IMG/VR virus record: IMGVR_UViG_3300033146_006881 | Coordinates: 1-35,726 of that record | Source of the DNA: a virus | Taxonomy: Duplodnaviria > Caudoviricetes | Direction: 5' to 3' (one strand) | DNA: 35,726 bases | In this document: piece after piece, positions 29,101 through 35,726 of the stretch | How positions within the stretch are numbered: the first letter of the stretch is position 1 | How the letters are laid out: each line of letters begins with the position of its first letter | Program-made: the position numbers and the translations under genes | The notes under the pieces: model-generated | Seen by the model: the letters and a program-made list of their open reading frames with translations, nothing else | Database searches by the model: none | Told to the model about the DNA's origin: nothing

Positions 29101-29394
29101 TTCCATTCGAGAAGCTTGGATCCGTTTTGGTTTGTAGCCTAGAGTTTTAGCAATAGAAACCGCGTTTTTCCGGAGAGTCGTAGTATCCAGGAAGTTGTCA
29201 TTGGCAATAGTGGATAACATATAGCTCATCATCATTGTGGTGTAAGCCATAGTATCTATAATGTACGCCAAGTTGGAACCTTCAAAATCCAAAGGAGCAT
29301 CGTAAGTTCCATTGGTAGTTAAGAAATTCACAACTTCTGCCCGAACATCTTCAAATCGAATCGCATTTAGTGAAAATTGAAAAGTATCTGCCAT
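26131..29394 (-). CDS. baseplate wedge gp6-like, enlarged
   Basis: DFEGSNL..IIDTMAY, FLDTTTLRKNAVSIAKTLGYKP, IIFGNNIVG, GEAANG, ESLDSIKNNAP..RAVT..DF. ATG 29394 has an AAGG SD. Confidence 0.93.
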   Translation of the reverse strand: MADTFQFSLNAIRFEDVRAEVVNFLTTNGTYDAPLDFEGSNLAYIIDTMAYTTMMMSYMLSTIANDNFLDTTTLRKNAVSIAKTLGYKPKRIQASRMEGVFTYNPGDQFFDENSKITIPASTVFTGSEDGYSWVNTDPITLLVNPKNPFELTSAANDLKPRITLVQGVYKKFSVLGDGKSLQSFIIPSKLVDENNMKVSVYTTQHAETSKIEWNLVKTFFDIQGDEIYFLEENILTEGTPKIIFGNNIVGRAPSITETIIVDYLETVGEAANGEIDIDISGLVNQANKSYDIESIDYSKIEFEPSGPSFGGQPYESLDSIKNNAPRFFAAAGRAVTGHDFDTLIKTEFGHIVNEVNVIGGDELEPGNRNFLGNAYIAATPTGANVPNEFLNSLQLYVNEGSEVKMISSLRDAGIIATQKYFLKPSYIHLDITPNIEISSKISPTELKTTEESAFNTLVEYFAEEFKGFEVPYRNSKVRSQVDAIETVISTEIDTDYSFILNRDSFYIDRESIFWLPVKFLRENGQVVRGLNNVPTTTNFIKKNQQIILDYNANNQSLIELFQIKIIEDEVEITPQNNIWHGRDVSKKYTDRFWQITLEEDLTPEPGNLKQWDILINNSDNSGTEIIGTLYFNDEHQILVRESSDPLIKDFLTDVVEINNDFDVIDADPLNDIEYTSIRIRRKFNKYNLLPEIINHNMVGRTSIHGKLTHDNLDRYLFNNDVFKPKVLNMFIFEEGGAKTMFQETFSFDGSGTNHYTVSLSLVENDNVHGIYNLYFNNTVSEERQKVATLHWDKLENSVNQFDFITLVDEAAWLADQGFQTTLVSSVPGNEIYFAFEIFENENNNFTIKTTLNSAISSIKIDEKNLLGMFTYDEVTDPSKFYTFFDFYTRDFKSINNINLPLVFEEDSNHKITCFWNENTLFEMEKDVLGEAYDFNYSFNFQTVSFNDLGLRTEIIFEPVYIDSADEFGNITKQSGFAIYSYGIYHDSTLGFFEYDSGKLNFNTTIIGELDAADQTINEKSNVHIRDYFNNYGILTGDVKMDQINIIPDNKYEDIDGFETIVGSQTDFDSIYTQTIRAKINPVISTLI

Positions 29395-29408
29395 TTTATC
29401 GTACCTTT

Positions 29409-29843
29409 TCAAGAGTGGTAGTTAATTTTACTGGTTCTCTTGCTGTATTTATCTATTTTAAAAGTGTTATTGTCTGGATCTGGAGTAACGATAACTTCGA
29501 AATCGGACAGTCTCGGTTCAAATCTTTCAATTGCTGAATAAACATCATCCAGAATTTTATAAGCCGTGACTTGATCAATCATTTCAAAAAGATATTGATT
29601 GAGATCACAGCCAAAATACGGATTCATAACCCGCTCACCAGGTTGGGTCAATAGAATATTATAAACAGATTCCATCACAGCCTGCTCGTTTCGCAATATT
29701 CCTAGATCAGAATTTCCTTCTGCGTTTTGAGTTCTGGGTTGGATCACGCCAGCTTTATTCACGTCAAAGAAATATAATTCTCCAGGATTCCGAACAATTA
29801 GCCGATTTCTTTTATCTTGAAGTTCATCAAATGTTTGTGCCAT
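29409..29843 (-). CDS. baseplate wedge gp25-like (C-terminus apparently frameshifted)
   Basis: NEQAVMESVYNILLTQPGERVMNPYFGCDLNQYLFE, IERFEPR. Confidence 0.92.
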   Translation of the reverse strand: MAQTFDELQDKRNRLIVRNPGELYFFDVNKAGVIQPRTQNAEGNSDLGILRNEQAVMESVYNILLTQPGERVMNPYFGCDLNQYLFEMIDQVTAYKILDDVYSAIERFEPRLSDFEVIVTPDPDNNTFKIDKYSKRTSKINYHS

Positions 29844-29867
29844 AATATCACCAATAGTTGTTTAAAG

Positions 29868-29875
29868 TATTTATA
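29868..29875 (-). promoter_or_regulatory. T4-type late promoter of the baseplate operon
   Basis: TATAAATA between the gp32 terminator and gp25. Confidence 0.85.
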
Positions 29876-29879
29876 AACC

Positions 29880-29914
29880 AAAAAAGCCCGCAGAAATTAA
29901 TCCACGGGCTTTTT
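29880..29914 (-). terminator. intrinsic terminator after gp32
   Basis: Minus strand AAAAGCCCGTGGA-TTAAT-TTCTGCGGGCTTTTTT hairpin with T-tract; A/T tracts on both sides. Confidence 0.88.
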
Positions 29915-29938
29915 ATTACTGTTTGAAAAAAAAATTGA

Positions 29939-30895
29939 TTATTTTTTCAAGTTATTGAAAAATGCTTCATCATCATCTAGTTCATCATCTGAATCAGGAG
30001 TATCATCGGCCGGAGTTTCTTCTTTGACAGATTTAGAAACTTTTTCTGTCTTTTCTTCGGCTTTTTCCTCGGCTGGTTCCTCTTGAGGTTCTTCATCAGT
30101 TTCCTCTTGAAGTTCTTCTTCGGAAACTGCCACACCAAGTAAATGACCAACTTGCTTGATAACTTCTTCCGCCTTCGGATAACGTTTCGGATCGAGGAAT
30201 TCGGTCAGAAGGTACGTTCCTTCCATGATGGTATCAAGTTCATCATCATCCTTAGCCACAGGACGGCACTTCGACCAGGCCGAATCTTCATAGTTTGGAT
30301 ATTCACCTTTCATTTTGATCTTGAATTTGAAATCAGCACCTTCAAAAAGATCAAACGGAGTGAATTCTTCAAAATCTCGATCCTCAAGATCGACCTCAGA
30401 TGGGAACATTTGTTTTTCGATCTTCTGATAGACTGTGTAACCGTAATCATACAGGAACACTTTCCCGTTGTTTTCGGGGTTGATTGGATCGTTTACCATC
30501 AGAATGTTAGAAATCCAATGTTGCTTGCGACCACGAATTTTGGCAAGTTTCTTGTCGGACTCATAAGCAGAATCATAATATTCTGAATTCTTTTTACAAA
30601 TCGGGCAGTCATCCCAATTAAAAGTGGAAGCACAGTTGTTTATGTACCACTTTTTGCCAGAACCATCAGCATTTGGATATTGAAAAGCGTGGGTGTAAAA
30701 GTGAACGAAGGGATTACCTTCAGGATCGGGAAGAAACCGGAATGTGTAGAATTTGTTCTTGGCCACACAGGCTTTCCAGTCGGGTTTGAACATACGATCA
30801 TCTTTGTAGGATTTTGATTTGGACTCTTTTTCCTTCTCGATGTCCTCCTTGATCTTGTTCCAATTAAATTTATTGCGCCATTTGCTTTCAGCCAT
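29939..30895 (-). CDS. 32: single-stranded DNA-binding protein gp32-like
   Basis: DDRMFKP, FRFLP, HAFQ, WYINNC...CPIC, ISNILMVNDPINPENNGKVFLYDYG, PFDLFEGADFK, YPNYEDS, acidic tail ending FFNNL. ATG 30895 has an AAGGAG SD. Confidence 0.96.
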   Translation of the reverse strand: MAESKWRNKFNWNKIKEDIEKEKESKSKSYKDDRMFKPDWKACVAKNKFYTFRFLPDPEGNPFVHFYTHAFQYPNADGSGKKWYINNCASTFNWDDCPICKKNSEYYDSAYESDKKLAKIRGRKQHWISNILMVNDPINPENNGKVFLYDYGYTVYQKIEKQMFPSEVDLEDRDFEEFTPFDLFEGADFKFKIKMKGEYPNYEDSAWSKCRPVAKDDDELDTIMEGTYLLTEFLDPKRYPKAEEVIKQVGHLLGVAVSEEELQEETDEEPQEEPAEEKAEEKTEKVSKSVKEETPADDTPDSDDELDDDEAFFNNLKK

Positions 30896-30908
30896 GTTGT
30901 TCTCCTTG

Positions 30909-30969
30909 TGGGCTTTCAACCCAATTTATGAGGCTTTCAACCTCTGTTAATGAGGGCTATCAACCCTCA
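30909..30969 (-). repeat. three tandem hairpins GGTTGA(A/T)AGCC in the gp32 leader
   Basis: TGAGGGTTGATAGCCCTCA (30969-30951), GAGGTTGAAAGCCTC (30944-30930), TGGGTTGAAAGCCCA (30923-30909). Confidence 0.88.
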
Positions 30970-31127
30970 ACAATATATTTTCGATTTTTAGCGGCTTTAG
31001 ACATATTTTGCCTTGCCTGTTCTGAGAAAATGCGAGGTGGTGCCTTTTTTCTCGCTTTTGCAGCTCCTCACACCGTAATAATGTTTGTCTTTTTCAATAT
31101 TTTTATGCGATAAACATAGTTATTCAT
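30960..31127 (-). pseudogene. decayed GIY-YIG (Seg-like) homing endonuclease
   Basis: MNNYVYRIK, then in a shifted frame NIEKDKHYYGVRSCK, then NUMOD3-like IFSEQARQNMSKAAKNRK; the middle is missing. Confidence 0.75.
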
Positions 31128-31132
31128 ATACT

Positions 31133-31169
31133 TATTTATAAATTATAGCATAAAAGCTTGATTTGTCAA
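31133..31169 (-). promoter_or_regulatory. tandem sigma70 promoter and late promoter upstream of gp32
   Basis: TTGACA(31169-31164)-16 nt-TATAAT(31147-31142) with extended TGn; TATAAATA at 31140-31133. Confidence 0.8.
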
Positions 31170-32134
31170 ATCTTGTAAAGACTGTCCAAACACGCCATAA
31201 ATTGCTCGAAAATGTGCTCAAAATCGTTCTCGATAGGAATATGTAATCCGGCTGCTTGGGCATGACCACCACCAAAAGCGTTTGGAATAAATTTATCCAT
31301 ATTTTCGGCAATTAGATTAGTGTCAAAATATGAATCTCGGCCTCGCAAACTGAATTTATAGAAACCATCTTTTGGATAAGCATAAATTAGGAATAAATTT
31401 GCTTCGTATCTCAGTGTGTACAGATTTCCAAATTTTCCCTGGGGATTGAAACTCATTAATAATTTTCGGTCATTAGCCAGAGGAACTTCCATGATATGCT
31501 CTTGACCTTCTTCAAAATACAAGTTTTGTTCGTCAATTTTTTCTTTAACAATTGCCTTCAAATCATCGGTCCAGATTAGACCATCATAAAATTGATCAAT
31601 GAATGGATTGAATCCAAGTTCCCAGAATAATTCGTTTAGACCAAAGGCTTCTTGAAAATGTTTATTATTTTCATGCCACATATCGTAAGCATCAACTCGT
31701 GCAATCAGCTTGTCAAATTCTGATGTAGAAGGCATACCGTGTTCTTTAGCAAGCTGAAAGCACAACTCAGTGGCGCAATAGGTTTTTCGCCATCTATACA
31801 TGAATCTGGACTTGTGGAGGTATTTCAGGCTTTCTAGACCAGTGCGACCATCAGAACGTTCATGATGATCTACATAGAGTAAATTTTTAATTTTATCCAT
31901 GCGGAGCAACAAAGTTAAAAATTTAGTTTCAATTCTGAGATCCGTAATAATCAAAAAAATGTCCTCATCCTGAACGGTACTCAGAATATTGAGAATCATT
32001 TGATTGGTCTCGGAATAACCAACAGAATGGCGTTCAACTTTCCCTAGACCTAAATGATCCTTAAAAAGTTTTTTCATCACTATTGCTGCTCCGGCGCCAT
32101 CCATATCATGGTGCGTAACTTGAATTAATTTCAT
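31166..32134 (-). CDS. DHH/DHHA1 phosphoesterase (NrnB-like nanoRNase family)
   Basis: THHDMDGAG, ITDL, VDHH, DAYDMW, FSLR, GGGHAQAAG. Confidence 0.92.
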   Translation of the reverse strand: MKLIQVTHHDMDGAGAAIVMKKLFKDHLGLGKVERHSVGYSETNQMILNILSTVQDEDIFLIITDLRIETKFLTLLLRMDKIKNLLYVDHHERSDGRTGLESLKYLHKSRFMYRWRKTYCATELCFQLAKEHGMPSTSEFDKLIARVDAYDMWHENNKHFQEAFGLNELFWELGFNPFIDQFYDGLIWTDDLKAIVKEKIDEQNLYFEEGQEHIMEVPLANDRKLLMSFNPQGKFGNLYTLRYEANLFLIYAYPKDGFYKFSLRGRDSYFDTNLIAENMDKFIPNAFGGGHAQAAGLHIPIENDFEHIFEQFMACLDSLYKI

Positions 32135-32145
32135 TTATTCCTTCT

Positions 32146-32367
32146 TTAGAAAAAATCTTCCAATGTTTTCTCAACTTTATTGTTAGGAAAATAATTATTC
32201 TTGATAAATTCAGTTTTAATTCGATTTTTTAGATTGTCATCAATATTGTCAACAATCTCATCAATTTCAAGTTCCATTTCTGCCGCAAAATCACAAATTG
32301 TTTCAACATAACTTGGAATATCGTGATTGAGTTTATACTGTTCGATTAATAGAGTAATGCCTGTCAT
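32146..32367 (-). CDS. 33: late transcription coactivator gp33-like
   Basis: IE...SYVETICDF..E.ELEIDEI...I...LKNRIKTE...NYF with acidic-hydrophobic clamp-binding-like end LEDFF; near gp32. Confidence 0.82.
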   Translation of the reverse strand: MTGITLLIEQYKLNHDIPSYVETICDFAAEMELEIDEIVDNIDDNLKNRIKTEFIKNNYFPNNKVEKTLEDFF

Positions 32368-32394
32368 ATAATTCCTTTTCTTGACTTTTCTTTA

Positions 32395-32423
32395 ATTATA
32401 CAACAACAATGCTAGTTTGTCAA
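32395..32423 (-). promoter_or_regulatory. sigma70 consensus promoter of gp33/DHH
   Basis: TTGACA(32423-32418)-17 nt-TATAAT(32400-32395). Confidence 0.85.
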
Positions 32424-32698
32424 TCTTTCGGTTCCAGATCACTCCGTTCCAGATTAGTGGAAATCAGGTAATCATCATTCAGATCCTTTTGAAATTCTTT
32501 AAAAATTTCAATTTTCTGATCTTCGGACAAATTCACAGTTGGGTCAAAAACCATAGTCACTTCGATACCAATACCGTTTTTGGTGGGATTAATTTCGGCG
32601 AGACAATCCACAGCATATTTCTCATGTCTGAAAGCGATTTGGTTGTTTTTCGGAACAACCAATTTTCCGGTTTCTTTTGATCTTGTGAATTCCATCAT
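32420..32698 (-). CDS. hypothetical protein
   Basis: AAGGA SD; ATGA overlap with the upstream gene. Confidence 0.75.
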   Translation of the reverse strand: MMEFTRSKETGKLVVPKNNQIAFRHEKYAVDCLAEINPTKNGIGIEVTMVFDPTVNLSEDQKIEIFKEFQKDLNDDYLISTNLERSDLEPKD

Positions 32699-32937
32699 TT
32701 TTCCTTTTTAGTAAATTCGATTATCTGTGTATCATGATCAGCCCAGAGGTCCTCGATTTCATATTCTGAATTGTCAAGCATGAGTTCGATATCTTCTCGA
32801 CACTCGATAAGTTCATCGTAGTTTTCCTTGGATGTTCGATCACCAGTATCAATTCGAACATAGAATTCTCCTGAGGAAAGCATTAGCTCTCCACCGTGAA
32901 ATTCAGCGATCTGAAGAAGTTCTTCTGGATAATTCAT
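32695..32937 (-). CDS. hypothetical acidic protein
   Basis: AAGGA SD; TAATG coupling. Confidence 0.75.
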   Translation of the reverse strand: MNYPEELLQIAEFHGGELMLSSGEFYVRIDTGDRTSKENYDELIECREDIELMLDNSEYEIEDLWADHDTQIIEFTKKEK

Positions 32938-33215
32938 TATTTTTTCCTTTCATACTTAAAAATTATTTTTTCGGATTTTATTTTACTTAGAATACTTCCA
33001 GAAAGCGCGGTTATTAAATATCCTAAGAAAGCTATAAAAAAGAATGGCCCAGCCAATGCTACTACAATTAAACGAGCCGCTTTACGAACAGTTAAAGAGT
33101 AAAAAGTTGATTTCTCAATTAAGAATTCAGACCATTCTCCTACAATTGCAGTAGCAATACCAATTGAATACCAAATGCTAAAATAGAAAAGAAAATTTAA
33201 AGTCGAAGCATCCAT
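32937..33215 (-). CDS. small two-TM membrane protein
   Basis: Two hydrophobic stretches and a basic tail; start 33215 (TAATG coupling) or 33227. Confidence 0.7.
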   Translation of the reverse strand: MDASTLNFLFYFSIWYSIGIATAIVGEWSEFLIEKSTFYSLTVRKAARLIVVALAGPFFFIAFLGYLITALSGSILSKIKSEKIIFKYERKK

Positions 33216-33436
33216 TAGTTTCTCCATCGAAAAATTTTATTGCTTCCGTAAGTGTCGATAAAGTATATTATAACGACCACTATGGCTAACGGACCAAGTA
33301 AACTACAGACCATAATACCTAAAATTTCTAATGTACTCGCGGAAGATTCTACCTTGTAGTAAAAAATTCCTAGAATTACCAGACCAACGATGTACCAAGC
33401 AATACAACCCAAAATTTCATAAACCAAGATTTCCAT
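33215..33436 (-). CDS. small two-TM membrane protein
   Basis: Two hydrophobic stretches; GGAG SD. Confidence 0.75.
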   Translation of the reverse strand: MEILVYEILGCIAWYIVGLVILGIFYYKVESSASTLEILGIMVCSLLGPLAIVVVIIYFIDTYGSNKIFRWRN

Positions 33437-33439
33437 AAT

Positions 33440-34162
33440 TTACTCCAATTCAACAATGTTATGGTACAGACAAGTCCATTGATTCATAAACGGATCATCC
33501 CTATTCTCGTGATAGTGTCCAAAGAACCAACGCTTAAAGCTTACCTGAGATTCCTGTTTGAATCTACTTAGTTGTTCTTCGGAATGATCAGGCTGCCAAT
33601 ATTTCACCAAATCCATTGGCATTGCGAATTTCGCCCATTCAACAGGTGCACAATGAGTTAAAATATAATCCACTGCAGAGTTTGAAGCTTGAACGGCATC
33701 TTTGGCTCTTTCCACTTCAGCATCAGTGATTTCCTCACGTCTCCACATGGACTCTCCCCATTTTCTACCTTCACGATCATGAGAATGGGCACCACCAAAA
33801 GCTAGAATTTTTCTGCCATTAATTCTGTAACAAATACCGCGCCGAAGATGAAAAATGGAATGGCTAGCAACACCAACAAGATTACCCAACATTTCCTTGT
33901 CTTGAAGGTTATCAATCAAATCAAAATTTTCATGATTTCCATCAATGAATAAGGTGGTCCATGGTTGATTATCTAACCACTTCAGATTATACTCTTCCTC
34001 TTTGGTCCGCTTGTAGGACCAGAACAGTCCGAAGTCACCAAGAATTATGACAAAATCTTTTTTGCTCAAAGATTTGCCCTCTGGGAAATGTCGGCCTGAT
34101 AAGGCTATTTGAGGTGATCCGTGAATGTCACCAGTTACGAAAATTCTTCCAGGATTTTTCAT
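33440..34162 (-). CDS. calcineurin-like metallophosphoesterase
   Basis: GDIHG, GDFG, DGNHEN, THC, FGHYH. Confidence 0.93.
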   Translation of the reverse strand: MKNPGRIFVTGDIHGSPQIALSGRHFPEGKSLSKKDFVIILGDFGLFWSYKRTKEEEYNLKWLDNQPWTTLFIDGNHENFDLIDNLQDKEMLGNLVGVASHSIFHLRRGICYRINGRKILAFGGAHSHDREGRKWGESMWRREEITDAEVERAKDAVQASNSAVDYILTHCAPVEWAKFAMPMDLVKYWQPDHSEEQLSRFKQESQVSFKRWFFGHYHENRDDPFMNQWTCLYHNIVELE

Positions 34163-34388
34163 TTTTCAGTTCTTCCATATCTTTGAAAATAAGAAGGATT
34201 TCTTCTTTGTTGTCTTCAAAAAAATCAAATAACTCTTGAGGCTCAAAAGCATAAAAGCCATCCTCGAAAGCATTTTCAATCCCAAGACCAAAAGATTTTA
34301 TTTTAAAAAGAATTTCTTTCTTTTGGGCTTTTTTGAGGTCCCGTTCAATTGTACCATCGGACAATTCGTAAACTTTTATTTCTTTCAT
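34128..34388 (-). CDS. hypothetical protein
   Basis: GGAG SD; tightly packed in the operon. Confidence 0.75.
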   Translation of the reverse strand: MKEIKVYELSDGTIERDLKKAQKKEILFKIKSFGLGIENAFEDGFYAFEPQELFDFFEDNKEEILLIFKDMEELKNEKSWKNFRNW

Positions 34389-34389
34389 T

Positions 34390-34617
34390 TCAGCTCCATG
34401 CGATAAGTTTTGAAATTTCTGGAGTCATTCCACCAAATTCTTTGAAGCGTTCGTTAATTCTATCCATTAAAGCGGCTTCACGATTACATATTCCAATAAA
34501 GTCAGGTTTTCCGACAGCATTAACACCAGGAGAGGGTAAATAACGATACCACCGACAAATTTGAATCCGATCAGCGTTTTCGATTTCCTTCAATGTAGGA
34601 TATTTTTGAGTATACAT
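34390..34617 (-). CDS. hypothetical phage protein
   Basis: GAGG SD; tightly packed; YPT..E...A...ICRWYR.LPSP...GGMTPEISK. Confidence 0.75.
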   Translation of the reverse strand: MYTQKYPTLKEIENADRIQICRWYRYLPSPGVNAVGKPDFIGICNREAALMDRINERFKEFGGMTPEISKLIAWS

Positions 34618-34619
34618 TT

Positions 34620-35177
34620 TTAAACCCTCACTAAATCAGTGTTGCATCTTTTACAAGTGTAAACAGACCCTTTGAGAATTCTGTTATGGCGAAGTGCTGA
34701 TAGCTCATGTCTAGAACACTTACATTTATATTCAAACCGTTGGGCAGTTTTTCGAACTTTATGTGGAACAATGCTCCGAAGATCGTAACTATGACAGCGA
34801 GTACCATCAGAACCGAAAACTCTCATGAGCATTTTGAATTCGCGGCCATGAGCTTTTGCTTTTGGAAAATTACAAAAAACAATAATATGAGCAAACTCAT
34901 GAACAACCGTGCGGTTAATGTAAGCATCCCCGTAATATTCAAGAGCTTTATCATGAAGTCGAACGATCATTTGTTTTTGAAGCCATTTATAACACGCATC
35001 ACCAGCAACACGAATAGAATTCAGCTTAAAATTCACTTGAAGCTCAACATTTATATCTTCAGGAAGTTTCCAACCACGTTCTTTCACGATTTCACAGAGT
35101 TCTAGAATTTTATCTTGAACTTTTTTGTGACGGTCAAGCTTACCTTGAATTTTAATACTGTAGTCAATCTCGGTCAT
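34620..35177 (-). CDS. SprT-like zinc metalloprotease
   Basis: VAGDA, TVVHEFAH, HGREFK.LM, RCHSY, YKCKC...RHN...YTCKRC. Confidence 0.92.
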   Translation of the reverse strand: MTEIDYSIKIQGKLDRHKKVQDKILELCEIVKERGWKLPEDINVELQVNFKLNSIRVAGDACYKWLQKQMIVRLHDKALEYYGDAYINRTVVHEFAHIIVFCNFPKAKAHGREFKMLMRVFGSDGTRCHSYDLRSIVPHKVRKTAQRFEYKCKCSRHELSALRHNRILKGSVYTCKRCNTDLVRV

Positions 35178-35207
35178 TTTAAGCTCCCTTTGAATTGTTT
35201 ATAAGTT

Positions 35208-35236
35208 ATTATAAACTATCCAAAAAGAAAAGTCAA
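35208..35236 (-). promoter_or_regulatory. sigma70-type early promoter
   Basis: TTGACT(35236-35231)-17 nt-TATAAT(35213-35208). Confidence 0.85.
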
Positions 35237-35247
35237 GAGAAAAATGT

Positions 35248-35391
35248 TTATTTTTCTCCTGCTTGGAATCCTATGCAAAAAGCATAATGCTTTTCATATT
35301 CATCAAAAAAATCAAAAGGGTTTTCATATTTATATTTAAGACTGCCAGCCCGAAAACCAGCAGTCCATTCATCTGTCATTTGGAGACCCAT
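35248..35391 (-). CDS. 47-aa protein, possibly Rmf/CrpP-like fold
   Basis: Manual: MGLQMTDEWTAGFRAGSLKYKYENPFDFFDEYEKHYAFCIGFQAGEK*, GGGAG SD; not in ORF track. Confidence 0.6.
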   Translation of the reverse strand: MGLQMTDEWTAGFRAGSLKYKYENPFDFFDEYEKHYAFCIGFQAGEK

Positions 35392-35401
35392 TGCTCTCCC
35401 T

Positions 35402-35722
35402 TTAGGTACTAATGGTGTTCTCATTCATCCTCATGTGTAAATGGTTCAAGGGCTTTGTCAAGCAGAACTCGACAATATCTTCTTGAATGTGGCGATTTGC
35501 TTCCACAATATCAGACTCAGTATTTTGGGCATGATCCATCAATTTTTTCAGAATATCTTGACCGGTGTAAGGCATTTCTTCACCGAAAAATTCGAGGTCC
35601 CAGAGCTTTTCGACTTTATCTTTGGGCTTGAAATTTTTGTAATCTGCGTACTGATCACGGGAAAGTTCGATGTTGATGCCAGCCTCTTTGAAATAGGCTT
35701 TAACATTATCACCTAAGCCCAT
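35402..35722 (-). CDS. hypothetical protein (true start may lie outside the window)
   Basis: Minus-strand ORF coupled to the downstream SD. Confidence 0.65.
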   Translation of the reverse strand: MGLGDNVKAYFKEAGINIELSRDQYADYKNFKPKDKVEKLWDLEFFGEEMPYTGQDILKKLMDHAQNTESDIVEANRHIQEDIVEFCLTKPLNHLHMRMNENTIST

Positions 35723-35726
35723 GCCA

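Noticed and set aside
30896-30919. gp32 start at TTG 30919 as in the ORF track
   Set aside because: It falls within a leader hairpin; ATG 30895 has a strong SD. Likewise gp6 probably starts at 29394 rather than 29412.
30909-30969. Mini CRISPR array
   Set aside because: Repeats are 15-19 nt with 6-nt linkers, far too short for spacers; no cas genes.
31068-31070. TGA readthrough or genetic-code reassignment
   Set aside because: The in-frame TGA is in a frameshifted pseudogene; long genes are intact in code 11 and TAA, TGA and TAG all serve as stops.
32381-32390. Plus-strand TTGACTTTTC as an antisense promoter
   Set aside because: No -10 hexamer at a 16-18 nt spacing.
35178-35401. tRNA or ncRNA in the apparent intergenic gaps (also 396-586)
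   Set aside because: No cloverleaf or T-loop motif; the gaps are explained by small SD-led ORFs and promoters.
945-35716. All plus-strand ORFs and short nested minus-strand ORFs in the track
   Set aside because: They lie within well-supported minus-strand genes, lack motifs, and look like antisense or alternate-frame shadows.

Overview
AT-rich segment of a large T4-related (gp33/gp32/TATAAATA-type) myovirus genome, with all credible genes on the minus strand. In transcription order (right to left): small early genes (Rmf-like peptide, SprT-like protease, metallophosphoesterase, two paralogous membrane proteins), gp33, a DHH phosphoesterase, a decayed GIY-YIG homing endonuclease and gp32. These are followed by a late baseplate/tail module (gp25, gp6, gp7-like, gp8, about nine fibre/adaptor genes, three tail-tube-fold paralogues, gp26/gp51-like, tape measure, gp48, gp53, gp27, a split gp5 bracketing PAAR and an unknown gene) and the 5' part of a CCA-adding-type tRNA nucleotidyltransferase. 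Main highlights: a probable -1 programmed frameshift fusing gp26-like to a start-less gp51-like frame just before the tape measure gene; a split, lysozyme-less spike locus; three tandem conserved hairpins in the gp32 leader; an RBS-occluding hairpin with a late promoter in its loop; and a leaderless CCA enzyme gene. Family calls are from motif recognition by eye; no database searches were run.
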